A stretch of DNA of 64,000 bases from an uncultured Gemmatimonadales bacterium. GTDB taxonomy: Bacteria > Gemmatimonadota > Gemmatimonadetes > Longimicrobiales > RSA9. Under the pieces are notes generated by a model. The model made no database searches and was not told the origin of the DNA. It saw only the letters and a program-made list of their open reading frames with translations. Position 1 is the stretch's first letter. Each line of letters begins with the position of its first letter. The translations under genes were made by a program, and so were the position numbers. Below, one piece after another: positions 45,491 to 54,281 of this stretch. The stretch is taken from NCBI GenBank assembly GCA_963798845.1, contig CAWCUS010000005.1, forward strand, positions 14,684 to 78,683. Reading direction: 5' to 3'.

Positions 45491-48400
45491 AGAGCTGCCT
45501 GCTGTCCAACAGGTACTCGGCGGGAACCGCGCGGCCGGTGGTGATGTTCCGCAGGGTCTCGGGCGGCGCGTAGCTCGCCTCCAGGGTGCCGCTCGGATTG
45601 AAGTGCCACTCGAGCGAGACCGTCGAATAGGCGGCGATGTCGTTGCCGCCGAGCGGGGACTCCACGTTCACCCAGAAATCCTGCAGCCCAGGCAGCTCCT
45701 TCCCGGCCACGAGGTAGAGCTGATCGAGGCTGGCGCCCGGCCGGGTCTGGATCTCGAAGTAGTCGAGCCCGAGCTCGGGTCCGATCCGCGACGCCACCAG
45801 GTCCGTGAACCCGTAGAGCGCGGCCGCTTCGCCAAGGAGCGACTGCCCGCCGACATTCGCGACCTCCGTGCACGAGCGGCCGACTGCCAGGAAACAGAGC
45901 AGCTCCGACTGCGGCACGGCGCTGCCGTTGGCTGAAGCGAGGTTGACGTTCAGGTTGTCGATCGTACCCGTGACCCGGATGCGCACGTCCACGCGCGTGT
46001 TCGGTCCGGTGCGGACGGTGCGGGACGCCGTGATGTCCAGCGCGGGGTTGGGGCTCGGATCGCCGAAGAACCGAACCGTGGCGTCCACGAGCTGGAACTG
46101 GCGCGTGATCCCGGGGCCGGCGACGACCGTGAACGTGCCCTGGTCTCCGGTCAGCCGGCCCTGAATGGCGAAGTCCCCGCCGGTCTTGTTGACGGTGAGC
46201 CTTCCCGCGAGCTGGGCGCGGCCTTCCTTCATGACGAACCACAGGTTGTCCCCGACCGTGACCTGGAGGTCGTGAATGGCGAACCCGCCCGCCGCCGCCG
46301 GCTCGGCCATCTGGAGCCCGCCCTGGAGGAGGTCGAACTGCTGACTGGCGCCGATGAGCCGCTGGCCGAAGCCGGCCTGCTCGACGGGGGCAAGGCTCAC
46401 GGCGCCGTCGCGGACTGCAACGTCGCCGGTGATCGATGGCTGACCGAAGGAGCCGGTGAGCGCCACGTTACCCCAGACCCCGGCGTCGTTCTCGCCGCTC
46501 ACGCCCTGGGGCTGGAAGCCGTTGAGGTCGACCGAGATCTCCAGCGCCGGATCGGTCAGCTCCTCCAGCGTGATCCGCCCGGACGCCACCGCCGTCCCGC
46601 CGCTCGTGACCGAGAGGTCATGGAGCGTGACCACGCGGCCATCGAGCGTGGCACGGCCGCTGAGGTCGTGGTAGCGCTTGTCGAGCATGGGCACCGTGGC
46701 GGCGCCGTTCTGGATCGTCACGGATCCGCCCACCTGGGGCGAGGCGGGCGTGCCGCCGAGCGTCATGTCGGCGGAGAGGTCCCCGGCGATATCGGTTATG
46801 GTGCGGATCCCGGGGTCGAGAGTGGCGAGCGGGAACCGCTGGGTCGTGAGGTGTCCTTCCACCGGAGCATCGTCGACCAGCGCGAAGGACGGCGGGAGGC
46901 CCAGAGTCATGTCGGCTCCGGCGGCGGCGGTGATCTGGACGCGGGCGGAGTCGCCGAGCTGCCCGGTGGCTTCGAACGTGAGGCGGGCATCCGAGTACCC
47001 GAGCTTGCCCGTGATGGCCTGCACCGGGACGCCCCGAAGCGAGCCGCCGTCGAGCCGGAGCTGGAGCGATACCGTGGGCTGCGCCGCCGGCCCGCGAACG
47101 GAGCCCTGGAGATCGAGCAGCCCCGTCACGGGGAGCGACGACCCGGCGAACGCCAGCACTTCTCCGATCGGCAGCCGGCGGATGTCCAGGTCGAAGTCGG
47201 TCTCGTCGGCAGGGGCCAGGACGCCGTCGATCCGGGCCACGCCCTGGCCGCCCACCTGCTCGAACCCGAGATCCTGCACGTGCACCGCCTCCCCCTTCCG
47301 CCAGGCGATGGTGGCAGGGCCCGGGAGGTGCCAACGTTGCCCCTCCAGGTCCAGCTCGGCCTGTCGGACCAGGATCTCGCGGGCACCGGTGTCGTCCATC
47401 CGGCCGCTCGCCTGGAACTGGACCACGCCGCCGCCGCCCGTCTGATCCGCGTCCAGCGCCACCTCGAATGTGGGCTCGGTGAAGTCGACATCCAGGGAAG
47501 CGCGGTCGAAGTCGCCCCCGGGGGTGCGGATGTTCGTGCCCTGCACCTTGGCCACCACGTCGGGGAGCGCAGTGTCCGGCCGCACGTCGTAGCTGCCACT
47601 GAAGCTCGCGGCGGCCCAGGCACCATAGCGGAAGTCCTGCGCGCTCATGGTGCCGCGGACCGACGGGCTCTGGAGCGTGCCCTGGATCGTCCCTGTCGCG
47701 CTCAATGCCCCGGTCACGAACGGCTGGATCCCGGTGGCGGAATCGGCAGGGAAGTACGGGGCGAGCGGCTGCAGCGACGCCACGGCGATGTCGTAGCTGA
47801 GGGCCCCACCGCTGCCGTTGGCGAACCGCCACTCCCCACTGGCGGCGAGGTGGATCGGACCGAGGTCCATGCGGGCGGTGCGGGCACGCAGCAGCCCGTG
47901 GTCGGCGCTGCCGTCGAGGGCGATCGTGTCCCCGGGCTGACTCCGCCACCCGGTGAACGTGCCGTTCAGCGCTACCGTGGCGTCCGCAATGGCGGGCTCG
48001 AGGCCGGACCCGGCCAGCTGGAAGGTGGCGTGTACCGCCGCCGGCGGCGCGGAAGGCGCCAGAACCTGGCGCAGCTCCACGCCGGCGATCCGGCCGTGGA
48101 GATCGTAGGTCGGGACCGAGTCCTGGAGGTTCACGACGCCGGCGACGGTCAGCACGCCCCCGCCGGTCTCCAGCCGGACGTCCACCTGGAGCGGCGAATC
48201 TCCGGGCGTGCCCTGGAACCGGACCGTGCCGCTCACGGCACCCGCCAGGGGCAACGCCGGCGCGAACTGCCGGACCACGGAAAGCGGGACCTCCTGGAGC
48301 TCGGCGGTGACCTGGCCGAGGTGGAGCTTCCCCCCCGCCAGGCTCACGGACCCGGTCAGATGGGTGGAGAACGGCCGCCCCGACGTCGGCTGGGCGAGCT

Positions 48401-49532
48401 GCGCCTGCAGCTCGAAGGCGACCTGCTCCCCGGTCCCATGAATGCGTCCGTTCAGCTCACCGGTGTAGGGCAGCGGACCCGTGAACGCCTCCACGAGCGA
48501 AAGCCGGAGAGGGTTCACCCGAACATCGATCGACTCCAGCGTGGGCCCGTCGGGTCCGAGCACGGCCTGCAGCGATCCGGAAACGTGCGAGCGCGGGGCG
48601 GTCAGGTCGAGACCGGTCAGGGTGATCCCGGTCCGCTCCGCGCCCAGCGGCCGCACGGCGACGTGGGCGCTCCCGTGCGCGCCCTCCGGCACTTCAGCCT
48701 TCAGCCATGGAAGTTCGGCAAGCTGGAGGTCCGTGACGGCCAGCGAGGCGCGGACGCCCATCCCGCCCAGCGACGGGCTCCACAGCCCCGAGGCGTCGGC
48801 GAACGTGGAGCTGCCGAACTGGACGGAGGTGATGTCGAAGCGAAGCCCGCCGCCCGGAAGCTCGAGATCCGCATCCTGCAGCGCCACATGGCGTTCTACC
48901 ATCCCTCCCGTGCTGTCCGGGAGCTCCACCTGCGCCTCCGCGGACGCGATCCGGAACTCGGGATGGGCCACGTCGGGGCCGGACAGGCGTGCGGAGGCCA
49001 CCGACACTTCGAGGTTGGACGCGCGGTACTCGCTGCTGGGCATCTTCAGCGTCACCGTCCCGCCGCGGATCTGGAAGTTGCTCAGCGTCACCGTCGTCGC
49101 GGCCCCGCGGTTCTCCTTCGAGCGGTTCATCAGCGGTCCGAGCGTCTGCTGGTAGTTCCACCCGGCCGCCGACTTCACCAGGTGGATTTCCGGGCTATCG
49201 ATCACGCCGTCGGATACCAGGATCTCACCGCCCGCCGCCGCCTGGACGTTGAAGGCCATCCTCTTCACCTGCAGCATGGGCGCGCCGGATCCGTCCTGCC
49301 ACGCCACCGTCCCCGCCCGGATGCGCACCGTGCGGACCAGGCGGACGCGGACGGGCTGGAGGCGATCGGCCACCCGCGACTCGACCGCAGCGACCCCGTC
49401 GCCGGAGAGCGCCCCGGACGCCGCGGATGGCTGGCTCCCCCACAACACCCGGTAAGCCACGACGACGGCCACGACGATCAGCGCCGCGGCTGCCACGCTC
49501 ACCCACGGGCTCCCCCTCAGTCGCTCCGCCAT
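45459..49532 (-). CDS. tamB: Translocation and assembly module protein TamB-like (DUF490)
   Basis: 1357 aa from ATG at 49532-49530 (shares 1 nt with the tamA-like stop, TGATG). N-terminal anchor WVSVAAAALIVVAVVVAY, very long beta-rich repetitive body, DUF490-like C-terminus ending SRQLFIATRWRWTY. Confidence 0.85.
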   Translation of the reverse strand: MAERLRGSPWVSVAAAALIVVAVVVAYRVLWGSQPSAASGALSGDGVAAVESRVADRLQPVRVRLVRTVRIRAGTVAWQDGSGAPMLQVKRMAFNVQAAAGGEILVSDGVIDSPEIHLVKSAAGWNYQQTLGPLMNRSKENRGAATTVTLSNFQIRGGTVTLKMPSSEYRASNLEVSVASARLSGPDVAHPEFRIASAEAQVELPDSTGGMVERHVALQDADLELPGGGLRFDITSVQFGSSTFADASGLWSPSLGGMGVRASLAVTDLQLAELPWLKAEVPEGAHGSAHVAVRPLGAERTGITLTGLDLTAPRSHVSGSLQAVLGPDGPTLESIDVRVNPLRLSLVEAFTGPLPYTGELNGRIHGTGEQVAFELQAQLAQPTSGRPFSTHLTGSVSLAGGKLHLGQVTAELQEVPLSVVRQFAPALPLAGAVSGTVRFQGTPGDSPLQVDVRLETGGGVLTVAGVVNLQDSVPTYDLHGRIAGVELRQVLAPSAPPAAVHATFQLAGSGLEPAIADATVALNGTFTGWRSQPGDTIALDGSADHGLLRARTARMDLGPIHLAASGEWRFANGSGGALSYDIAVASLQPLAPYFPADSATGIQPFVTGALSATGTIQGTLQSPSVRGTMSAQDFRYGAWAAASFSGSYDVRPDTALPDVVAKVQGTNIRTPGGDFDRASLDVDFTEPTFEVALDADQTGGGGVVQFQASGRMDDTGAREILVRQAELDLEGQRWHLPGPATIAWRKGEAVHVQDLGFEQVGGQGVARIDGVLAPADETDFDLDIRRLPIGEVLAFAGSSLPVTGLLDLQGSVRGPAAQPTVSLQLRLDGGSLRGVPVQAITGKLGYSDARLTFEATGQLGDSARVQITAAAGADMTLGLPPSFALVDDAPVEGHLTTQRFPLATLDPGIRTITDIAGDLSADMTLGGTPASPQVGGSVTIQNGAATVPMLDKRYHDLSGRATLDGRVVTLHDLSVTSGGTAVASGRITLEELTDPALEISVDLNGFQPQGVSGENDAGVWGNVALTGSFGQPSITGDVAVRDGAVSLAPVEQAGFGQRLIGASQQFDLLQGGLQMAEPAAAGGFAIHDLQVTVGDNLWFVMKEGRAQLAGRLTVNKTGGDFAIQGRLTGDQGTFTVVAGPGITRQFQLVDATVRFFGDPSPNPALDITASRTVRTGPNTRVDVRIRVTGTIDNLNVNLASANGSAVPQSELLCFLAVGRSCTEVANVGGQSLLGEAAALYGFTDLVASRIGPELGLDYFEIQTRPGASLDQLYLVAGKELPGLQDFWVNVESPLGGNDIAAYSTVSLEWHFNPSGTLEASYAPPETLRNITTGRAVPAEYLLDSRQLFIATRWRWTY

Positions 49533-51695
49533 CAGAACGCCTGCCCCAGAGCGATGTGCACCTGAAGACGGCTCCAGAAGCCGGGCGGCGGAGGCCGGTA
49601 TGATTCCGTCGCCCTCTCCACCACGCCCGTCGCGAAGTGCTGGAGGTAGAGTGGTGCGCTCGGGTTGGGGTACGGATTGTAGGCGACATCGACTCGAATC
49701 GGCCCCACCGGAGTCAGCACCCTCGTTCCCACCCCCGGCGTGACCCGCCACTGGGATGGCCCCCTGGACAGGGGATCGAGCCCCACTGTCCCGGCATCCA
49801 CGAAGGCGGCCAGTCCGAAGCGCTGCGGCATGAACGGGGAAGGGAAGCGGAGCTCCGCACTCGCCACGGTCACGGACGTGCCGCCCGTCGGAAGGAAGTC
49901 CACACTGAGCGTGTCCGTCGCCACCTCGGCCGCGGAGAGGGTGTCCTGGCTTCCGGTGTACAGCCACACGCCGGGACCGAGCTCGTTGCGCGCGTACCCG
50001 CGCACGCTGCTCGCCCCGCCGGCGTAGAAGCGCTCTTCGGGCGGCACGAAGTGGTTCGACCCGATGCTCGCCTTCGTCAGGAAGCTCCCGGTCCGGAGGA
50101 AGAGCGCCGCCACCCAGCCGGGCCGGATCTCGTGGTACAGCGCCCCCTCCACGTTCGCCCGCAGGAAATTGTAGTCCGACGCGAGCAGGGGAGAGGCCCA
50201 CAGCACGCTGCCCCGGAGCGTGTACCCGTCCGTGGGGTCGAGCACCCGGTTGCCCGCGTCGCGGGCCCAGCTCCCCGACAGCGCGTTCCTCCAGCGCACC
50301 CTCCCCAGCTCCGCCAGGTCGCCGGGCGTGCACACCGAGAAGGTCGCGCAGTAGAACGCGGGCGCGGCCTCCGTGCGGCGCCGCTCCAGGTCCAGCGACG
50401 CGCTGAGCAGGTCCTTCCGGCCCATGTTCCGGGAGAACACCAGCCTCGCGCCCTGCGCCACCCGTCGGAACACCCGGGCCTCCGACTGGCGCTCGGCGAA
50501 TACCGTCGCCACCACGTTGTTGGTCGGGGCCAGGAAATACGGCTGGCGCAGCTCCACCGCCGCCCGGTAATCGAGCGTCTGGCCGTAGGGAAGATTCGCG
50601 TTGGACCCCAGGTTCACCTGCTGCGCGCGTCCGGCCGTGCAGATCCGGCTCACCGAGCTCGTCACCTGCAAACGCCGGCCAGCACCCGAGAAGCTCCGGT
50701 CCGTCCAGGTCCCTTCCACGCGCCCGCAGTCCTGGGTTCCCCAGCCGACGAGCGTGCTCACCACGTGCTCCGGCGCCTCCGTGATCTCGACGGAAACCGT
50801 CGCGGTGGTGCTGTCCTCCGGGGTTCGCTGGAGCGAGTCCGGCGCGACCGCCACCGCGGCCAGCGCCACCATGTCCAGGTTGTACAGGTTGCGCTGGCTC
50901 GTGATCAGGTCGCTCCGACGCAGCAGGTCCCCCTGTCGGAACGTGAGCTGCCGCATGACCGTGTTCCGGTCCAGAACGTCGTCCCCGACCACGAGCACGG
51001 AGTCCACCGCCACCCGGGGGCCCGGCACGGCCACCAGCCACGCCGTGGCCCGGTCCTGGATCGTGTCCACGGAATAGTTGCGCAGGACCTCGGCATACGG
51101 ATGGCCGCGCGCATGGAGAACCGCCGTGATCGTGTCGGCGGATTGCACGAAGTCCCCGATGTCGAACAGATCCCCTGCCTGCAACGGAGATGATCCGCGA
51201 CAGCGAGTCCGGGTCGGCTATCCCCTCCGTGCCGTCCACGACCACGGAATCAAGGCGGACGCCGTCCGCCCGGTGGACCACGAAATGGAGCGTGATCGGA
51301 GCGTCGTGGCCGCCGGGCTCATCGATCACCGGCACGACGCGCGTGCCGAAATAGCCGGATTGCCGGTACAGGAGCGAGAGCCGGGAGAGGTCGGAGCCGA
51401 GCGTGTAGAGATCGAGGTGATGCACGTGCAGGCCCCAGTGGGTGCCGGGGATGCAGAACGGCAGAAAGCCGAGCCGGCAGTTCGTCGCCTGCGTCTCGGT
51501 GAGCGCATCCAGGGAATCCGTGCTGAATGGCGCCGCGTTCTCCCAGGTGACCTTGCCGATCTCGCGGCCCCGATACTCGTCGACCTGCGGATAGACCTGC
51601 GCGACACGGGGTTGGGCGCACGCTCCGGCACCCATGACCCCCACCCCGAGCAGCACCAGCCACGCATGCCGCCGGGCCGCGCTGGATCCATCCAT
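49532..51695 (-). pseudogene. tamA: Omp85-family TamA/BamA-like protein interrupted by a +1 frameshift near nt 51185 (or sequencing error)
   Basis: Frame from ATG 51695 gives signal peptide (HAWLVLLGVGVMGAGACA) and POTRA sequence up to ADPDSLSRIIS, then nonsense. The POTRA continues in the +1 frame from 51184 (LQAGDLFDIGDFVQSADTITAVLHARGHPYAEV) through an Omp85 barrel ending QVHIALGQAF. Total span is 3n+1 nt. Confidence 0.8.
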
Positions 51696-51823
51696 CCACC
51701 GGCTCCTTCACAGTCCCCTGATCCTCCCCGTTCGACGCTCCGCGCAATGCAAGCCACAAGCCAGTGGCAGGGAAGGGGCGCCGCGCCGCCGACCCGCACC
51801 AACTCCCCCGCGCCGGCACGACG

Positions 51824-51852
51824 TTGACGTGAACCGGGCCTTGGGATAGCTT
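51824..51852 (+). promoter_or_regulatory. Candidate sigma70-like promoter for the 51912 gene
   Basis: TTGACG (51824-51829), 17-nt spacer, TAGCTT (51847-51852), about 60 nt upstream of the ATG. Sequence match only. Confidence 0.3.
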
Positions 51853-51911
51853 TCGCGGCTCGCTACGATCGCCGCGCACGTACGCGGCACACTCCGGTTC
51901 TACGCTACAGA

Positions 51912-52676
51912 ATGGCGAAACATCCGACGTCGTCCCGGGTCCACCGGGAGGAGAAACGGCCCGACGACGCGTTCGTCAACGCGATCCAGACCACCGGCAC
52001 CTGGGCCGCCGAGAACGCCCGCGCCCTGATCGTCTTCGGCGTGGTGGCCGCGGTCATGGTCGCCGTCGGCATCTACTGGGTCACGTCCCAGCGTCGCGTC
52101 GAGACGGAAGCGGCAGCCCGCCTCGGCGAGGTCCAGCAGTCGGCGGCCAGCGGCAACGCCCAGCTGGCCATCCGCGACCTGAGGACCTACCTCGAGACCT
52201 TCGGCGGGACCCGCGCCGCACGGGAAGCGCGGCTCGTGCTCGCCGACCTCCTCATCAGCGAGGACTCGGCCCAGCAGGCCGCCTCGGTTCTCGGCAAGCT
52301 CGGCCAGGACCTCGACGACCCCCTCGGCCTCGCCGCGGCCCGGCTCCAGGCGGCCGCCTACGAGACCATGGGGCAGGCCGACCAGGCCGTCTCGGAGTAC
52401 GTCCGCATCGCCGCGCACGCCCGCTTCACCTTCCAGCGCCGAGAGGCCCTCGCCAATGCCGCGCGCGTCCGCATGCAGACCGGCGATCCGGGAGACGCGG
52501 TCCCGTACTACGAGCAGGTGCTCACCACCTTCGAGCCCGGCGAGAACGGCCGCGACTACTACGTGATGTGGCTCGCTGAGGCCCGGGCCCAGGAACGCGC
52601 AGACTCCACTTCTGCCGCGACCCCGGCAGCGGGCATCCCGGCTCCGGCCCCGGACTCCGTCAACCCCGGCGGTTGA
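51912..52676 (+). CDS. Membrane-anchored TPR-like protein (YfgM-like architecture)
   Basis: 254 aa. Basic N-tail, one TM (ALIVFGVVAAVMVAVGIYWV), helical-repeat periplasmic domain (ARLVLADLLI, AARLQAAAYETMGQADQAVSEY). Confidence 0.55.
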   Translation: MAKHPTSSRVHREEKRPDDAFVNAIQTTGTWAAENARALIVFGVVAAVMVAVGIYWVTSQRRVETEAAARLGEVQQSAASGNAQLAIRDLRTYLETFGGTRAAREARLVLADLLISEDSAQQAASVLGKLGQDLDDPLGLAAARLQAAAYETMGQADQAVSEYVRIAAHARFTFQRREALANAARVRMQTGDPGDAVPYYEQVLTTFEPGENGRDYYVMWLAEARAQERADSTSAATPAAGIPAPAPDSVNPGG

Positions 52677-52692
52677 GCGAGCGCGGCACCCG

Positions 52693-52712
52693 CCGGGGCT
52701 GACCGGCCCCGG
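52693..52712 (+). terminator. Hairpin after the 51912 gene
   Basis: 7-bp stem CCGGGGC / GCCCCGG with 6-nt loop, 17 nt after the stop. No U-tract. Confidence 0.35.
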
Positions 52713-52871
52713 AGCCCAAAGAACGATATCGCGCGCGACGGCGCAGCCGGATCAACCGGTCCCCGTCGCGCTTCCTTTTCTCACTGCTTTCCTCTCCGGC
52801 CCGTTCGCTGGGGAACGTCGTGGAGGCGCAGCGGGCAGGGTCGCTGCGCCCGAGGAGCGGCCGACCGCCCA

Positions 52872-52899
52872 TGTTCGCATAATATACATTATGTAAACT
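52872..52899. other. dif: dif site (XerC/XerD chromosome dimer resolution site)
   Basis: TGTTCGCATAA-TATACA-TTATGTAAACT has the 11-6-11 arm-spacer-arm layout. 9/11 and 9/11 arm matches to E. coli dif (GGTGCGCATAA-TGTATA-TTATGTTAAAT). Right arm identical to B. subtilis dif (TTATGTAAACT). Reference sequences from memory. It is the only strongly AT-rich island in the window, in a 343-bp gap between convergent genes. Confidence 0.85.
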
Positions 52900-52990
52900 T
52901 GGGCCGGGCCGGGGCCGGGCCGCGACCTGGCCTTCAGGCCGCTGCCTGGAGGATCTCCCTGCCCCCAAACGGCCCTCGGGACCGGGAAGT

Positions 52991-53013
52991 CGGGCCGCGG
53001 GGTCAGCGGCCCG
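52991..53013 (-). terminator. Hairpin just downstream of the acyltransferase gene
   Basis: 8-bp stem CGGGCCGC / GCGGCCCG with 7-nt loop, 7 nt beyond the stop at 53020-53022. Confidence 0.35.
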
Positions 53014-53019
53014 GTGCCG

Positions 53020-53667
53020 CTAGGAGCTCGCGGAGTCGGCGGCGGCCGCGGAGGCCGCGTCCCCGGCGAGGCGAGCGATCTCGGACATCAGGCGCCGCTG
53101 CGCTTCCGGCAGCTGCGCGTCGCGGGCGCGTCGATCGTCGAGGCGCGGAAAACGGAGGGGCGTGCCGAACCGAATGCGGACGTCTCCGCGTCGGATGCGG
53201 CGGTCCCAGCGAGGCCAAACGTCGTACGCGCCCCGGATTCCGCACGGTACGACGGGAACGCCGGCCTTGAGGATGAGGCGTATGGTGCCCAGGCGAGGCG
53301 CCTGGAGGCGCCCGTCCCAGCTTCGCTCTCCCTCGATGTAGATCCCGACGCCCTGTCCGTGCCCCAGGTGGCGGAGGACGGTGCGAACGGCCTGCGGGTC
53401 GATCTCGAACCGACGTACCGGGAAGGATTTGAGGCGCTTCATGAGGCCGCGGAAGAAGCGATCGGAAAACTGTGTGCTCTTGGCCATGGTGTAGATGGGC
53501 CGCCGGATCACCGCCTGGATGAGGATCGGGTCGAGATAGCTCTGGTGGTTGGCGATGAGCAGGAACGGGCCGTTTTCCGGGACGTTCTCGAGGCCGTGGA
53601 CGTCGAGCCGTCCCAGGAGGGGCCAGAGCGTGCGCACGAGGCGCTGCGCGAAGCCGTACAGCGTCAT
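53020..53667 (-). CDS. 1-acyl-sn-glycerol-3-phosphate acyltransferase-like (LPLAT/PlsC family)
   Basis: Start trimmed to ATG at 53667. HX4D motif IANHQSYLDP, plus IYIEGERS and PVVPCGIRG blocks. Confidence 0.8.
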   Translation of the reverse strand: MTLYGFAQRLVRTLWPLLGRLDVHGLENVPENGPFLLIANHQSYLDPILIQAVIRRPIYTMAKSTQFSDRFFRGLMKRLKSFPVRRFEIDPQAVRTVLRHLGHGQGVGIYIEGERSWDGRLQAPRLGTIRLILKAGVPVVPCGIRGAYDVWPRWDRRIRRGDVRIRFGTPLRFPRLDDRRARDAQLPEAQRRLMSEIARLAGDAASAAAADSASS

Positions 53668-54275
53668 CGGCGCGCGACGATCCGGGGTTGGAACTCGAGG
53701 ATCTCTCCCCTTCCCGTTCGTCGATAGAAATCCCGCAGCGCGGTGTCGACGAGCACTTCCCACAGGAAGATGGAGTCGTTTTCGAAGCGGAAGGAGACCA
53801 GTGGGCGGCCGGACGCCTTGATCTGGAGGGCGCTGGAGCTGGCCTGCACGGCCGTCAGGCGCTCGAACGGCCATGGGCGCGCCTCCCCCTCATCCGGCGC
53901 CCACCGCAGCCCTTCCAGCGTCATTTCCAGCGTTCCGGGCGCCTCCGCCCCGTACCGCTCGATCCGGTTCAGGTACCGGCCTTCGCCGCGCACCACGTCG
54001 CTCCCCTCGACTTCACGGGCACGCACCCGCGCCGTCCGGACCACGCCTTCCGGCGCGCTCCCCAGCAGGGTCCGGGGGTCCGGCAGCCGGTCCACCCAGT
54101 CGGCCGCGGTGCGTTTCAGGACCCGCCCGTCCGGGAGCACGCAGCGGATGGAAGCGCCCGTGTCACGCTCGTACACGGCGTGGCACGCGACGCAGGCGCC
54201 CGGGTGGGCGGGGTCGCGCAGCGCCCCTACTTCCCCGCACTGGGGGCACGCCCAGAGGAGGTCGGAGAGCGCCAT
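53664..54275 (-). CDS. Hypothetical zinc-ribbon + PH/GRAM-like domain protein
   Basis: 203 aa. N-terminal CPQCG..(14)..CVAC ribbon. C-terminal beta-rich segment (LEMTLEGLRWAP..WPFERLTAVQASSSALQIKASGRPLVSFRFEND) looks like a bacterial PH fold. 4-nt overlap with the downstream acyltransferase start. Confidence 0.5.
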   Translation of the reverse strand: MALSDLLWACPQCGEVGALRDPAHPGACVACHAVYERDTGASIRCVLPDGRVLKRTAADWVDRLPDPRTLLGSAPEGVVRTARVRAREVEGSDVVRGEGRYLNRIERYGAEAPGTLEMTLEGLRWAPDEGEARPWPFERLTAVQASSSALQIKASGRPLVSFRFENDSIFLWEVLVDTALRDFYRRTGRGEILEFQPRIVARR

Positions 54276-54281
54276 CAGGGC

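Noticed and set aside
46272-49565. 1097-aa plus-strand ORF, together with 49637-51193, opposite tamB and tamA
   Set aside because: Same artefact. Arg/Gly/Pro-rich nonsense opposite well-supported minus-strand genes.
52660-53270. ORFs 52660-52968 (-) and 52899-53270 (+), or a structured ncRNA, in the convergent gap
   Set aside because: The translations are Arg/Pro/Gly nonsense and cross the dif site. I found no SRP, 6S, tmRNA or RNase P signature. The gap is adequately explained by dif plus terminator-like hairpins.
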